Of a DNA stretch of 64,000 nucleotides, positions 1 through 13,342 are shown one piece after another. The notes under the pieces are model-generated. The model did no database searches, was not told the origin of the DNA, and worked only from the letters and a program-made list of their open reading frames with translations. The DNA is from Camelus dromedarius. Lineage: Eukaryota. Position numbers and translations under genes: made by a program. The DNA lies in assembly GCF_036321535.1 (NCBI RefSeq), contig NC_087436.1:62374001-62438000 (forward strand), given 5' to 3'. Positions within the stretch are counted from its first letter, which is position 1. The number at the start of each line of letters is the position of its first letter.

Positions 1-779
1 AAAAAACTACCATCTACCACTAAGATCAGTTTTCTAAAATTCTATACTTTTTATGGTTTACAGCATACCCAATATTTGGTTGGAAGCAGTGAATATTTCC
101 CAGATAAAATTATTTTCCCTAACAGATAAGAAGGAAGTATCTTACACAGCTTAAATTACCATACAACCACTTATTTATGTATTGACTTTTACATTTTTGT
201 TACATTACTTTGTTTCTTTAATTGTTAGTCTATTATGAATAAGTAATGAAATTCAGCTCATAAAACTTACATATAAAGTTATTACTCCTAATAGCCTAAA
301 TTTGCATTTTTTAATTATTCAGGTTGCTTACAAATGTAAATGGCATTTTAAGTATTAATGATATTGATATGACGACAGTGCAATTTTTTCCAAAGAAAAC
401 ATCCTATTTATTTACAGGATAAGAAATGAGTACTTTCAAAGCATTTGTGGGTGTTTAAATGTAAAGATCTCATGTGCACGTGAAAGATTCATCAAGTATA
501 TCTTATAAGAGATGAATGCATTAACACTTCACAGAGGATTATTTACTTGAATAATTATTTCATTTCTTTTTTCAATAAATTAAAACTTTTTTCTCTCTTA
601 AGGACATTTACTTAGAAAGGCAATTTGGCCATTGAAGGGATATTTGCATAACAAAGAAATAACTCTATTGAAGTAAATTAAAATAATCTCAGATGTGATT
701 TCCTCATATCAAATTTGTAATTTAACAATATTCAACTGCACTGTGTCAAGAAGTTACATTATGCAAGATTATCTGAGTG

Positions 780-1095
780 GGTACTAGTTAAAGCACTATT
801 ACAGTGGTCCAATTAAAAGACGATTAAACTATGATTATGGCAATAGGAATGGTAAGGTGTGTGGATTAAAGAAATGATCAAGGAATGAATCCATACTACT
901 TGCTATATAAGAGAAGAGTAAAAAAAAGGAAGATTTAGAAGAATACATCTAGATTTCTGAGTTGGGCAATAAAGTGGCATCACTCCCTGAGACAGTAAAC
1001 ACTGAGAAATACTAGGTTTGGGGGGCACAATTATGTTTTTAAGACCTGTTGAATTTGAAGTATTTTTGAAGCATCAAGGAAGTTTGTCTGGTTTC
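780..1095 (-). mobile_element. LINE-2 (L2) fragment
   Basis: Degenerate match to recalled antisense L2 (ctattacagtggtcca...tttctgagttgggcaa...ctgagacagtaaacact...gtttggggg...tgttgaatttgaag). Confidence 0.65.
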
Positions 1096-1097
1096 TT

Positions 1098-1144
1098 AAG
1101 AATAGTTTAGACCAAAAAAAAAAAAAAAAAGAATAGTTTAGACC
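1098..1144 (+). mobile_element. Solo poly(A) retroposition insertion with 16-bp target-site duplication
   Basis: AAGAATAGTTTAGACC at 1098-1113 and 1129-1144 flank a pure A run; TT/AAGA L1-endonuclease-type site at the left end. Confidence 0.85.
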
Positions 1145-1519
1145 TATTGATATATATTTGAGAAACATGTGCATGAGTTAACTTACCTACGAAGAGAATA
1201 CAAAGTGTTAAAAAAAAAAAAAAAAGAATCTACAGAAGTATTTTGAAGAACTAGCTGCGTTATTACATCAGAAGCCAAGTGGAGAAAAAGTAGTAGGTTA
1301 AGGAGATTGAGGACAAATAACCAGAGAAGAAAGAGACACTTCAAGAATTCAAAACCATATGTGGTAAAAATAAAAATAGATAAAAGGTAAAATGCAAATC
1401 TTCTGATAAAGCCAAGTTTGAGCTTTATCACTGAAAGCTTCTGAGCCATCTGCTGATCACTGAATCATTAGAAATAATTGTACCACTGGAAGCAGGGGAG
1501 TCCATGATGATAAGGTTGC

Positions 1520-1680
1520 AATTGACCTTGAGTGTTAAAGATGAGAAGAAGTTTGCCTACATGGCAAGGTGTGAAAACAATTTAAGAGGAAAGAACAGCA
1601 TGTACAGGGGCATAGGCTGGAAAGGACAAGATCAAGACGCAGATTAATGACAATGGATGTGGTTTGGGTGTAGGTTGTGA
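1520..1680 (-). mobile_element. L2 fragment
   Basis: ccttgagtgttaaagatgagaagaagtttg...gaggaaagaacagcatgtacagggg resembles antisense L2. Confidence 0.55.
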
Positions 1681-3789
1681 AGAATTAGGTGTCAGAAGTA
1701 TCATAGCACCCACCACCTTACCATCAAAGTGATGGAAACATTAACATCTAAATCATTATTTCCTCCTTTGTCCCCTAGTAGAATACATGCAGTTAATAAA
1801 GTGATGGCTCTTCCTTTCTTACATGTTTTTAAATAAAAGTTCCACACTTTTTCCAAAGTATAGTTTCTTGAAAATATTCATCATTCAGACATTACATATT
1901 GACTGGCTAGATTGTGTTCATGATCAACTACCATTGTAAAATTTGGTATCTTCATATGTATTTAAAGGTGGCCAGATAGAGGCTTTTCAACTACATTATA
2001 TTAAAGACTATTATTTATCTTCTAGCTTACAGAGTAAATTAAGTCTTCCATCCATTGTTTTCTACTTAGCATGAAACCCAGCAGTTTAAATGTGTTTCTG
2101 CAAATTATTTTCAAATATGCTGACAAGAAATAAAGATCAAATCTGTAGTTTATGGATATTAAAAATACATACAAAATATATGTAATAATTAGTTACCAAC
2201 ATATGAAGAAATAGCTCATTAAAGAGCTGCTGGAAAATAGCCTGCTCAAAAATAATTCACAGTAATATATTACTGATTTTTAAAATGTTTCCTTTCTCAT
2301 TCTTTATTAATGGGGATATTTGCATTCAAATAGACACCATTTGTTTTTAGAAATTCATCTGCTCCTGCTGTTTATTCTCTACCTACTATTTAATCTGAGG
2401 TTTATAGCACAAGCGTCGGTTGCAGTGAAAATGATTAGGATGTCACTAAAGTTTATGCCTTCAGGTGAGAAATATGGTACATTTTGAGTGCAGTATAACT
2501 GGGAAACTAATGTTGTATTCATTCAAACTGTTTCAAATTAAAATAAGCAAGAACTGAGAAATTTTAAGAAAATGATTCATTGTTTTACCCTAACTGAAAT
2601 ATCTCTGTATGGTCTATAGCTTTTCACAACATGCCTTCTGTTCTCCAGAAATATAATCACAATATGATAGGCATGTTAAAATTACTGCCTTAGAAAACCT
2701 ACAAATCGCAGAGCTAAGAGATCAACATGCTGACAGTACATTTTCATAGCTCTATTGTACATGTAAATCCCTGTTTATAGGATTGGGAGTTACTGTTTAC
2801 TGAAGGTGAATGTAAATTAATCAAAGTAATTCTGCATAACATTGATATATAGAGACTTTACATATTACATATTTGTCAGACTGCAGACTATTACACTTCT
2901 TGCGTCTGTAATCAACAGAGATTTAAGTTCATGAAGAGAAAATGTGACTAGAGCTCTATGTTGCATTACCTTGTGACAAAGCCAGATGTTACCATGTGTT
3001 CCATTTCAAGTACAAAACTACTAATCTAATGAAAATGTTACAGTTCTAAGCTATATGTTCTTAGTGTTATTGTACAATACAATGGGAATTCCTGCGTTAA
3101 TATTATTTGGCAAGAGAAATGAAAGTTAATGGCTATAAAATTCTGATCAAGTGTGGTGTCACACACAAAATATCAATAAAACAAAATACATTTCTGCTAA
3201 GATGAATAGAAAGACAGTGCTGGTGGGTAGAGAGCATTTGAAATAGGAGAGGTTAGAGAGTAGATTCCATAAGAAACATAGGATATTTTCAAGGACAGAA
3301 AAAAAAAGTTCTGTTTGCAGTCAGTTCTCAAATTTTTGATAAAATTTATTTGAAGTAAGAAAAAAATAAAAAGTTTACTTTAGCTCACTCAGAAAGTAAA
3401 CAGTAGCCTCATTGTGTTTGATTGTATAGGATTGTATAGGTCACACATTTAGCATTAAGTCCTCTCTCTGTCTCTCTCTTTCAATAGCTGGGTCCTCTTT
3501 GGTAGTAAAATTTCTTACCTTTTTTTACATTGGAAGAATTTACCTGTATATAGATTTCTTTTATTTTGAGGTACACTCCAAAAACAGACAATTTCTCTTC
3601 TAAGTTTATTCTTAAAGTAGTGTTTTTCTAATTGTGACTTATGACCTAAAATCAAATTAGTGGGTCTAGACCAACATTTTAGGTAATTAAATTAAACGCA
3701 AAATTATATGCATATATACAACATATATTACTCAAAATAATTACAAGTAACCTAAATATTTATTAACAAAATGATAGGTAATATACCTC

Positions 3790-3976
3790 TGTATATTCAT
3801 ATGATTGAGTACTGTACAGCACTTAAAATGGATAAGCTAGACTTACAGGTTTCAAAGAAAATAATACTCCATAATACAAAGTGAGAAAATGAAGATGAAA
3901 GAAAAAAATTAACACTGTTGTGTAGAATTTGACATACATATTATAATTCTTTATACTGTGTGCATGTGCATACATA

Positions 3977-4013
<37 letters not shown>

Positions 4014-4265
4014 TATAACTATAAATGCAGAATTAGGAAATTAAAATACTAAATTCATGACAGCAGTTTGCTTAAAGGAAAATGGGCACCAATGGGATTG
4101 GAAAGGATGCAGAGAGGACTTCTACTGATTCTGTTATTTAATATGTCTTTAAAAATAAAGGCATCTAAAATATAAAATATTAATATTTGACAGTACTAGC
4201 TGTTATGTACATTTTTGTACTATAGTATCTTGTATATATTTTTGCTTAAAATAGTTTACAGAAGA
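3790..4265 (+). mobile_element. Old L1 (L1MC/L1ME-type) 3' end
   Basis: gagtactgtacagcacttaaaatg...aatgggattggaaagg...aaaatattaatatttgaca resembles an ancient L1 3' UTR; internal (TA)14 at 3982-4009. Confidence 0.55.
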
Positions 4266-6199
4266 AATGTGAGAAAATAGGAATGTAGCAAAGTTGCAGG
4301 GAGGACTAATTGTTGGCAAAGCTGTGTGGCATTCACCACCTAAATTATGTCTTCAATATGCAATCTTAACTCCTATTGACTTCAAGAGAAAGCAGATGCT
4401 CACACCTCAAGGAAAGTTTTATTTCTAGGGAGTAAGATATTTGTGCCAAATAATAGAAAATCATTCTCTGAGAGAATAGCATAGAAGTCAGGGTGACAGC
4501 TGAATAGCCTACATTTTGTTTTCTAACAGTTTTTGAGATTACACCAGGCATCTATATTTTTAGAGAGAGAAAATTTAGTGATACTGTGTGTTACTGCCTA
4601 GGGAATAATCAGCAGTAGAAGTGATGTACGGAGCACATTTAAGGAGGTGGGCAGTGACTGCAATTAGGTTGAAATAGTTTCATTTCAGGCCAAGTGTGAA
4701 GATAGTGGATAATCATATGCTCTTTTATACATTTCACTTTACACACTTTTATACATTTATACTTTACAACTTGAGTGGGAACATATTTGGAAAAATAAAT
4801 TAGTTACATACTAATATATTTCTTTCTTTCATTTACCAAGCTCCAGAAGTGATTGTGCACATATGGCTAAGACAAAAATGATCATTATTTGGACAAATGA
4901 AAAATGCTAGGACACAAAGATTAGAACCAGTTACCAGGAGATTTAATCTAATATTCTGTGGATTTATAAACTAAATATGTGTGCTTACACACTCACACAC
5001 ACATACACATACATACATCTTTTACAAAAGTGTCTTAATATAATCTCTTCAAAGTGGCCATCTCAAGGTTTAGTAAAGTAAAGGGTAAATGGAATGCTTC
5101 CAAGAACTTCTCTAAACTCTTACATAATTTTGAGAATCTGTATTAAAAATTTCTATTTATCCTATATCTATATTTCCACTCACTTAATGCCAGGAAAATT
5201 TGTATCAAACAAATTTTAGAAATATCCAGGAACTGGCATATTCTGCTGTACCAGAGGGGTGCTCTTCTTTTGGTAGTGCATATACAGAAAACCTTAGAAA
5301 TGAGATAGCCCTGTAAGTCTTACAGGAGAAATCTGTTTTTGTTAAGGTTAAACCCATATGGAATGAAAAAAAAAATTACGTGAGTTTTTATTTATTTATT
5401 TTTTTTTTGAGTTTGGTAGGAAGTACTGATCCTGATATCTGAAATCACTCTTCTTAAACTGTTTTATCATATGAATCCCATAATCAGTAAAGTTTGGGAA
5501 CTAGATCCATACCTTCATATTAAAATAAGAAAAGATCTCATTATCAGGTAGACAAAATGTTTTATTCTTAAATACTTTATATACATATACTTCTAGAAAA
5601 CTATTTAATTCATTTTAAAATATAAAATGTCCTGTAATATAACAATTTAAGAATTGAAGTCCATTATGAACACTTTATACCTTACCAAGATATTCTAAAA
5701 TATATCAAGATATGTGAAACACAAGTTCATAATATTTGAATTAATGATAAACTGATACATAAATTTTAATCCATTTTTTCCCTTTGAATAAATTGAGAAA
5801 ACATACGTGAAACCAGTTCTAGTGATCATTTGTATTACTATGTGAGATCCACTTTTATTTTGTCTTTAAAAGATTTTCAGTTTCATATGGACAAAAGATA
5901 ATATTTTGTCACATATGTATGTATGTATGTTAAAAGTTTGGTAGGGGAGAAATTTTGGAGCCAAGACTGGATGCATATTTACTACGTAGTATTTGTATCC
6001 TTAAACTTTGCCGTAAATCAGAGGGTTTTAGGGAACATCAAAGCTTGTGTATTCATGGGAAAGGATGGAGGTGTTTAAATGAATGAATAGTCATTGTACA
6101 TGGCAACTTTGAATAAGACATCGCCCTTTACATTGTTGAGCAGTGACTGTCTTTTATCTTTGACAGAAAAATAATATTGAGGATTTCTCAAGTATTCAC

Positions 6200-6500
6200 T
6201 TTCTCCACTGCCTCCATAGGTGATCTCATAATACCATCTTGAAAGTGACTATTTTAAAATAACCCATATCCTGCTCAGAGTTATCTTAATGCCAGAAACT
6301 CACATTCAGCTGTCTACTTGATACCTCCACTTACAGATCTCATAAAAGTCAAAATGTATGCCCCAAATTAAACTCTTAATTCTTCAAGTAAACACACAGT
6401 TACACATAGATAAAGACATACATGTTTACCCCTAAACCTTCACCATCTCGGTAAATGACACCACTACCACTTCAATGCTAAAGCTGAAAATATTGTTATT
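6200..6500 (+). mobile_element. L2 fragment (left part, split by L1)
   Basis: ggtgatctcat...cagctgtctacttgatacctccactt...ccatctcggtaaatgacaccact are L2 motifs. Confidence 0.7.
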
Positions 6501-6529
6501 TAGTTCCTTTTTTTATGGGCTCTAACTTT

Positions 6530-6597
6530 CTTTTTTTAATTGAAGTACAGTCAGTTAACAATGCTGTGTTAGTTCCTGGTATATAGCATAGTGATTC

Positions 6598-6665
<68 letters not shown>

Positions 6666-7805
6666 CTTTTAATATTCTTTTACATTATAGGTTATTATAA
6701 GATACTGAATATAGTTCCCTGTGTTATACAGTAGGAACTCACTGTTTATCTATTTTATATATTGTAGTTAGTATCTGCAAATCCCAAACTCAGAATTTAC
6801 CCCTCCACCCCTCCTCTTTAACCCACTTGTAACCACAAGTTTTCTACGTCTCTGAGTCTCTTTCTGTTTTGTAAATAAGTTCTATTTATCTCACTTTTTA
6901 GATTCCACATATAAGTGATATCATATGATATTTTTCTTTCCCTTTCTGGCTTACTTCACTTAGTATGGCAATCTCCAGGTACATCCATGTTGCTACAAAT
7001 GGCATTATTTCATTCTTTTTTATGGCTGAGTAGTATTCCATTGTATATGTATACCACAGCTTCTTTATCTAGTCATCCTTGGATGGATATTTAGGTTGCT
7101 TCCATGTCCTGGTTAATGTACATAATGTTACTATGAACACTGGGGTGCATGTTTCTTTTTGAATTAGAATTTCCTCCAGATGTATGCCCAGGAGTGAGAT
7201 TGCTGGATCATATAGTAAGTTTATTTTTAGTCTTTTGAGGAATCTCCATACTGTTTTCTATAGTGGCTGCAACAAACTACATTCCCACCAACAGTGTAGG
7301 AGGATTCACTTTTCTCCACACTCTTTCCAGCTTTTATCACTGTGGACTTTTTAAGGGTGGCTATTTTGATCCATGTGAGGTAATACCTCATTGTAGTTTT
7401 CATAAGCATTTCTCTGGTAATTAGCAATATTGAGCATTTTGCATGTGCCTATTGGCCATTTGTATGCCTTCATTGGAGAAATGTTTGTCTAGGTCTTCTG
7501 CTCATTTTTTGATTGGGTTGTTTATATTTTTGTTACTGAGTTTTATGAGCTGTTTGTATATTCTGGAAATTAAGCCCTTGTCAGTCACGTTGTTTGCAAA
7601 TATTTTCTCCCATTCCATGGGTTGTCTTTTTGTTTGTTTAGTTTCCTTTGCTGTGCAAAAGCTTGATTAGATCCCATTTGTTTATTTTTGCTTTTATTTC
7701 TATTGCCTTGGTAGACTGCCCTAGATGAACATTGCTATGATTTATATGAGGGAATGCTTTGCCTATGTTCTCTTCTAAGAGTTTTGTAGTGTCTTGTCCT
7801 ATGTT
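6530..7805 (-). mobile_element. Relatively young 5'-truncated L1 (camelid/artiodactyl-type 3' UTR plus ORF2 C-terminus)
   Basis: T run then ttgaagtacagtcagtt...; ORF 7227-7427(-) contains MKTTMRYYLT (ORF2 C-terminal motif); highly similar to copies at 24655 and 33340. Confidence 0.92.
6603..6662. repeat. (TA)30 microsatellite inside L1 3' UTR
   Basis: Direct reading. Confidence 0.97.
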
Positions 7806-8555
7806 ATTCATCTCATTCTCTACAACCCATCAGTAGTTTATATAAATTCTAACTCTGAAAACAATTTTAACTTCACAATTGCTCATCTCCACTGACATAT
7901 ACAAAGAACCAGAAGTCATTATGTCTCTCTAGAATAAAGAATAACTTGCCAACTGATTTCTCATTTAATTTTTTCCTCCTTTAAATTCATTCTTACCACA
8001 GAAGCTAGGATTATTTTATTAAATTGTACATTTGATTGAGTCACTCCCTGCTTAAAATCTTTAAATATCTGCCATTGCATTCAGATTGAGCCTTTCACTC
8101 TCCCACTTGATATTAGGCAAAATCTTTTCCTATTTCTTTGTGCTCCAAAATCACTGTTATTTTTTTAAGGTTTTAGAAATGTAAAGCACTTTGGATCCTC
8201 AGAGTTTTCCTGCTTTCCCTGATCTTTTATTGCTCTGTCTCATCCTTTTGGTCTCGGCAGCAATGAAACTTCCTCAGATAGTCTTGTCATAATCAGTCTA
8301 TCAAAAGTAAGTCCTTAGTTTTTCTTAAACTCACCTCCAGTGTATGTCCTACAATGTGCTGATTATAATTTGGAATGATTTTATGTGTCTGTTTACATAG
8401 TTTATTGATATTGTCATCTCACTCAGTGGAATTAATCTATGTAAAGACTAAGGCTATATTTATTTTATTTATTTATATGTTTATGGCTTGTACCATAGAT
8501 CCTGGCAGCAGAGTAGAGGAATGATAATTATTTGTCAAATGAGTTAATAAATGTA
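7806..8555 (+). mobile_element. L2 (right part, to 3' end)
   Basis: gtcactccctgcttaaaatc...ccattgcattcaga...; ends aaatgagttaataaatg like the L2 3' tail. Confidence 0.7.
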
Positions 8556-10294
8556 TTTTTTTGATGCATTATTTTATGATCTTTAAACAATTTGCTTAAA
8601 GAAAGCCAAACTTTCTTTTTGGCTAGAGGAAAGCTTTATATATATTATTTATAATACTTGTTATAAATTAATATAGCAAATATGATATAAAAAAAGGGAA
8701 TTTAGGATGAATTGCTTTAGAGTCTACAGTTACTACTAGAGTCTATATAGAGAAAGTTACCTGGAAATTCAGAAGACTAGAACTTACCTTGTACTATACA
8801 TCAATAATTCAGTATTTCGCATTCTTATACAGGTTAAACTCTCTATTCACAGAGTGTTTAAGGAATGCAAAGTAGCTATGCTAAGGCACACAGGGGTTCT
8901 TAACAATGAGGCAGCAACTGATTAGTGCTGATTATAACTTGCCTTTTCTTCATTTTCAGTTACCTCCTACTTCCCCTCCTCTACTCTCATCAGATAACAA
9001 ATGTGGATCAGCCCAAAGGTGTTGGACCACATGGCTGGCAAATAGCTGTAATCAACAGAAACCTCATTATTGTTCTAGAATCAGCTGCCTGCTGGGGTTT
9101 AACCAATTAATCTTTCCCCAAATAAGAGATTAGTGTAATTTCTCTTTATCCATGATTTGAGTTTATATTTGTCCTTTCCCCATACCCTGTCATTACTCCC
9201 ACTTATCAAGAGCTCATTGTTTGTAACTAATGTTCAACTAAATTTCACTTACACAGACTCCCTAGCCCTGCCTCTTATTCTGATAAACTTTCGTAACAGT
9301 GGTGCAGTTTCACAATGCTATCGACATGTAGTAGCTTTGACACCTATCCGGGTAAATAACACAAACTAATTCATCCTTATTTTCCTTAACTTCTAAACCT
9401 AAACCTGGAGGTAGTGATTCAAAACCTTTACAAATTCTTCAATTATTGCTCTGAGCAAAGGAGAAATCATAATTCAATATATGTTAGGTAAAATATATAT
9501 ATTAGCTAAATTTATAAGCATACATTTTCTTATATCCAGACAAGTGTTTTTCAGATATTGTCTCTTGATCATGTTTATCCTAAGAATTATTAGTGCTGTG
9601 GATTAAAATTAGCAGTTAAAAAATCTAAGTTATTAATTTATATTCCTATTTATATAAAACTGTGAATCAGCACTTTGTGAATCAATTGAAGGAAATGTTG
9701 AGAGGATTCTGATTTCATTTATGCTCTAGATCTGGACTCAATGTGATCACCTATTAAATGAAGTCTTCTATGATAAAAAAAGGTTTAAGAATGAAAATTC
9801 AGAGTTGTAGAAATTCAAGATTAATATGAAGAATCTTTGAAGCTGTTTTTATTTTTTGGTATTGATAAAATGTCCATGCAATGCCTAACAAAGAAAAAGG
9901 GAAAATTTCTTCTTATGGGTCCCCACTCATACTTGGAATTCTATTCATGTAAGCATAAAGCGACAGTCAGCACACTCTCTTAATAATAGGTAGTATTTTT
10001 GAAACACTTAATATGTACTATATTACTTTAAAGATTTTATAAAAATTAACTTAGAATACAGCTTTAAGTGGCAAAGTGGATTGCAGACTTATGCACTTAT
10101 TCTAGAGCCACTAGGCTCTACCCTGTTTTACTATAATTAGTAATTGTTAATTATTGGGTTTTCTCTGTCATGTAAGTGCTATTATATATTACTGTGAATA
10201 TCCCATTCTATGGTCAGATAGTAATTCTTAATCATATGTTCTGTTGTGTTATGTGCTTGAATGGTTATGTAATAGAATGGTAAATAGCCAAAAA

Positions 10295-10495
10295 TGGTAT
10301 GAGAGACCTATATTGAAATTCCACTCTGCTGGAATCACAGTTATTAAATTTTAGCCAGTTATTAAACCTTTCTAATACTCATTTTTATTAGTAAAATGAA
10401 AAGAATAATATCTCTTTTCAAGACTGTGACAAAAGTAAATAAGAGAATATATGTAAAGGTATACTTCATGGTATTTGAAAAGTGTAAGAAATGAG
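10295..10495 (+). mobile_element. MIR SINE
   Basis: attccactctgc...agttattaaacctttct...gtaaaatg...atatgtaaag. Confidence 0.6.
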
Positions 10496-12244
10496 AATTA
10501 TTTGTATATCATTTATAGTAATGATAACTAAATCTACATCCTCAGAGTTTTAGTCCCCCCAGATTGTTGAAATATAATATTTAATAAGAATCCAATTAAA
10601 AAAGGATAAAGTACAGATATTCTGATTGAAGTGAGTAGAAGAAAACAGAGCCCTGCCACTTTACTTTACACCCATCACCCGTCACTCTCAGCCCTGGTGA
10701 GGTCCAGTGTCCATAAGTTCCCCCCAAAGTACAGTATGAAAAGGACTGATCTGAATGATCTCTTTTATTCTCTAAAGGTGGTGTGTCATATTGAAATAAT
10801 TATTATATCCTAACATTAATTCATGATCATGCTTGTATGATCTGTGGCTGGAATTGTCCTGAAGTAGCAGAATTTTTAAAAAATCAAAGTGTTGATATGA
10901 GTCCTTTCTATGTAATATTTGTCACTTTTAAAAGTGAACAGCCAGAGACTAAGAACTCAGTACCATGCAGTGAAACATTGAGATATCAGTGCTATGGTTA
11001 AGTAAATCAGTACCTTACATTTCACTAAAAAATAAAAAGAAATAATGCATTAACTTAGTACAAAAGATAACCTGATTCTCTCTCAGCTTCATCTTTGATA
11101 TTGCCAGCTAAGTGTTAACATTTGAAGAGAAACTCACAGAAGTATTAGAATCTAGCAAAAATGCATCTCCAAAGGCATAAAACCCAATTCCTGCACACTA
11201 ATAATGATATTGATTGGGGCACATTTTTAAAAATTATGATCAGAAAAAAAATCACATTAGACAAGTGTAACTTCATTGTAATTCATGGTACGTTTGAATT
11301 TAACACCTGAAAAATACAGCTTCATATTTTTTAATTTTTCAAAATCATTATGATGGAATGTTTTGTGCAGTTTGTCTGTTTTTATTTCTGTTCTGAGATA
11401 GATTTGTAGAACTCTAAGGATAAAGTCGTAACAATGAAAAGTTTATTATTACTTTATATTTTCCCATGTAAATATTTCCCTTAAAGTGGAATGAGGCATT
11501 CAATGGAATCTGTTTGATCAGTTTGCAATAGTTAAGCATGATTTTGCCACTGGCTGAAAACTTTTATTGCCAACTGGTGAAAGACATTGATATTTCACTG
11601 AACTCAATGAGTTGTCAAGCATACTGTTGCATCAACAACAAGATAGTATATATTTGTGGCATCCATTTACTTGAGAATATACATAGTTATTATTCTTTAC
11701 TTTTTTCTCACTGATATGATGTAAGACATATATAATAAATAATTAGCATTTGATATCACACTACTCTCTTTTATATTTTAACATGCTATTTGCAATGCTT
11801 AGTTTGCTCCTTTTCTGTTACAGCCAATTTATATTCTTTAAGAGGCAGTTAATGCTTTCTAGCTTATATTTCATTATCATTACTATATGTCCTAGTTGAT
11901 GAACCAGACTAGTTATGTTAAAGCAACTCTAGTGTGTTCAAAATCTAAATTGTGTTTTACTGAATATTGATGATGTGCCTGTGAGTGCAAGTACCATTTC
12001 TGGTGACTTAAATGGGTCTGAGTATTTTGATTGCATCTTATAGCTGAATGAATTTATAGTCAGCAGTTAAGAAATATATGTGTTTTGAAATTAAACTAGC
12101 TGGTATGTCAGATTCCAGGTATAGCATAACCATTAGAATTGAAATGTTATCTCCCAGTGAACAATGACAGCAATATAGAGTACCATTTACCTGTTAATAT
12201 CACTTTATGTATGCAAAAAACCACCTATATAAGGATAGATTGGT

Positions 12245-12325
12245 GGAAAAAGGGGAGAATGGAAGGCATGGAGGGAAGGAGGAAGAGAGGGAGGAGAAGG
12301 AAAGAAAGACAGAGAGGGAGGAAGA
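12245..12325 (+). repeat. GA-rich low-complexity tract
   Basis: Polypurine run; explains the Arg/Glu-rich ORFs 12139-12477 and 12207-12416. Confidence 0.8.
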
Positions 12326-12357
12326 AATTATTTTTTATTTCTACTTATGTTTCATTA

Positions 12358-12530
12358 GAAAGAATGCTGGCTGTAGAGACAGAAGACTTGGGTTCAAGTT
12401 CAACTCCATATTTTAATTACACTGAACCAAGGACAATATATAGCCTCTTAGCCTCAGGTTTATCATCTGTGAAATAAGTATAATAAAAAACAATTATATC
12501 ACAGAGATTTGCAAGAATCATTGAACACAT
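12358..12530 (+). mobile_element. MIR SINE
   Basis: gaaagaatgctggct...agaagacttgggttcaagt...gcctcaggtttatcatctgtgaaat MIR core. Confidence 0.8.
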
Positions 12531-13154
12531 ATGAAATATATTCATAATTATTTACCAAGTCTGATGATTTCCTTTCTAAAGCCATCAACTCTTTCTTACA
12601 AGTTCTGTTAGCCATGAGCTAAAATAATCTGATAGAAACAATTTCACCAAATTACTGTAACTTACAATTGAGCCCTGTAAAAGTGATAAAATAAGTAAGT
12701 GTACATATGATCATGTTAATGTGTCCATTTCTAAGAATTGGTTGAATTATTTTTTTTATCATATGCTCCACACCTTTTAAGAGTTATTTGTATAATGTTT
12801 ACTGAAAAATCACACTACAAACATTATCAAGTAATGATGACTTCAGGAAATACAGATGTTTATGGGCACAAAGACACCAACTGGGATAGACTGCATGCTA
12901 CTTCATCTCTTAAAGTAAAACAAACAAGAAAACAAACAAAAAGAATCAAACATGAATATCATAGATGACCTATATTCATTAATCCAGTAAAATATTAACC
13001 ATGGGGCTAAGCCTCTAGAATCATTATATAGTGAATTAAAGTGTAACTTCCAATGGAGACAGATAATAGAAGTTGTTGGTGCCTGCTGTATCATCCTGCT
13101 GGCTTTTCAATTTGGGGATACCCAAATAAAGTCCATTACATCAGTCTTCGTAAA

Positions 13155-13277
13155 AAGAACAAGGGGCTCCAGCATGTCACTGGTGAAAAAGTAGTATTGT
13201 GCTGTACACCAGAAACTGACACAACATTGTAAACTGACTAGACTTCAATAAAAAATTATATATATATATACACACAA

Positions 13278-13313
<36 letters not shown>

Positions 13314-13342
13314 GAACAAGGGGCTCCACTATGTCACTGGTG
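13155..13342 (+). mobile_element. Very short L1 3'-end insertion with (TA)n(CA)n tail and 31-bp TSD
   Basis: tgctgtacaccagaaactgacacaacattgtaaactgactagacttcaataaaaa is the reverse complement of the termini of the young L1s at 24655 and 33340; flanking direct repeats 13155-13185 and 13312-13342 (29/31 identical). Confidence 0.9.

Noticed and set aside
3620..3695. Possible hAT DNA-transposon fragment (aaatcaaattagtgggtc...gaccaacattt)
   Set aside because: Too short and degenerate to assign without a search
12139..12477. 112-aa Arg-rich ORF
   Set aside because: Produced by a GA-rich tract plus MIR
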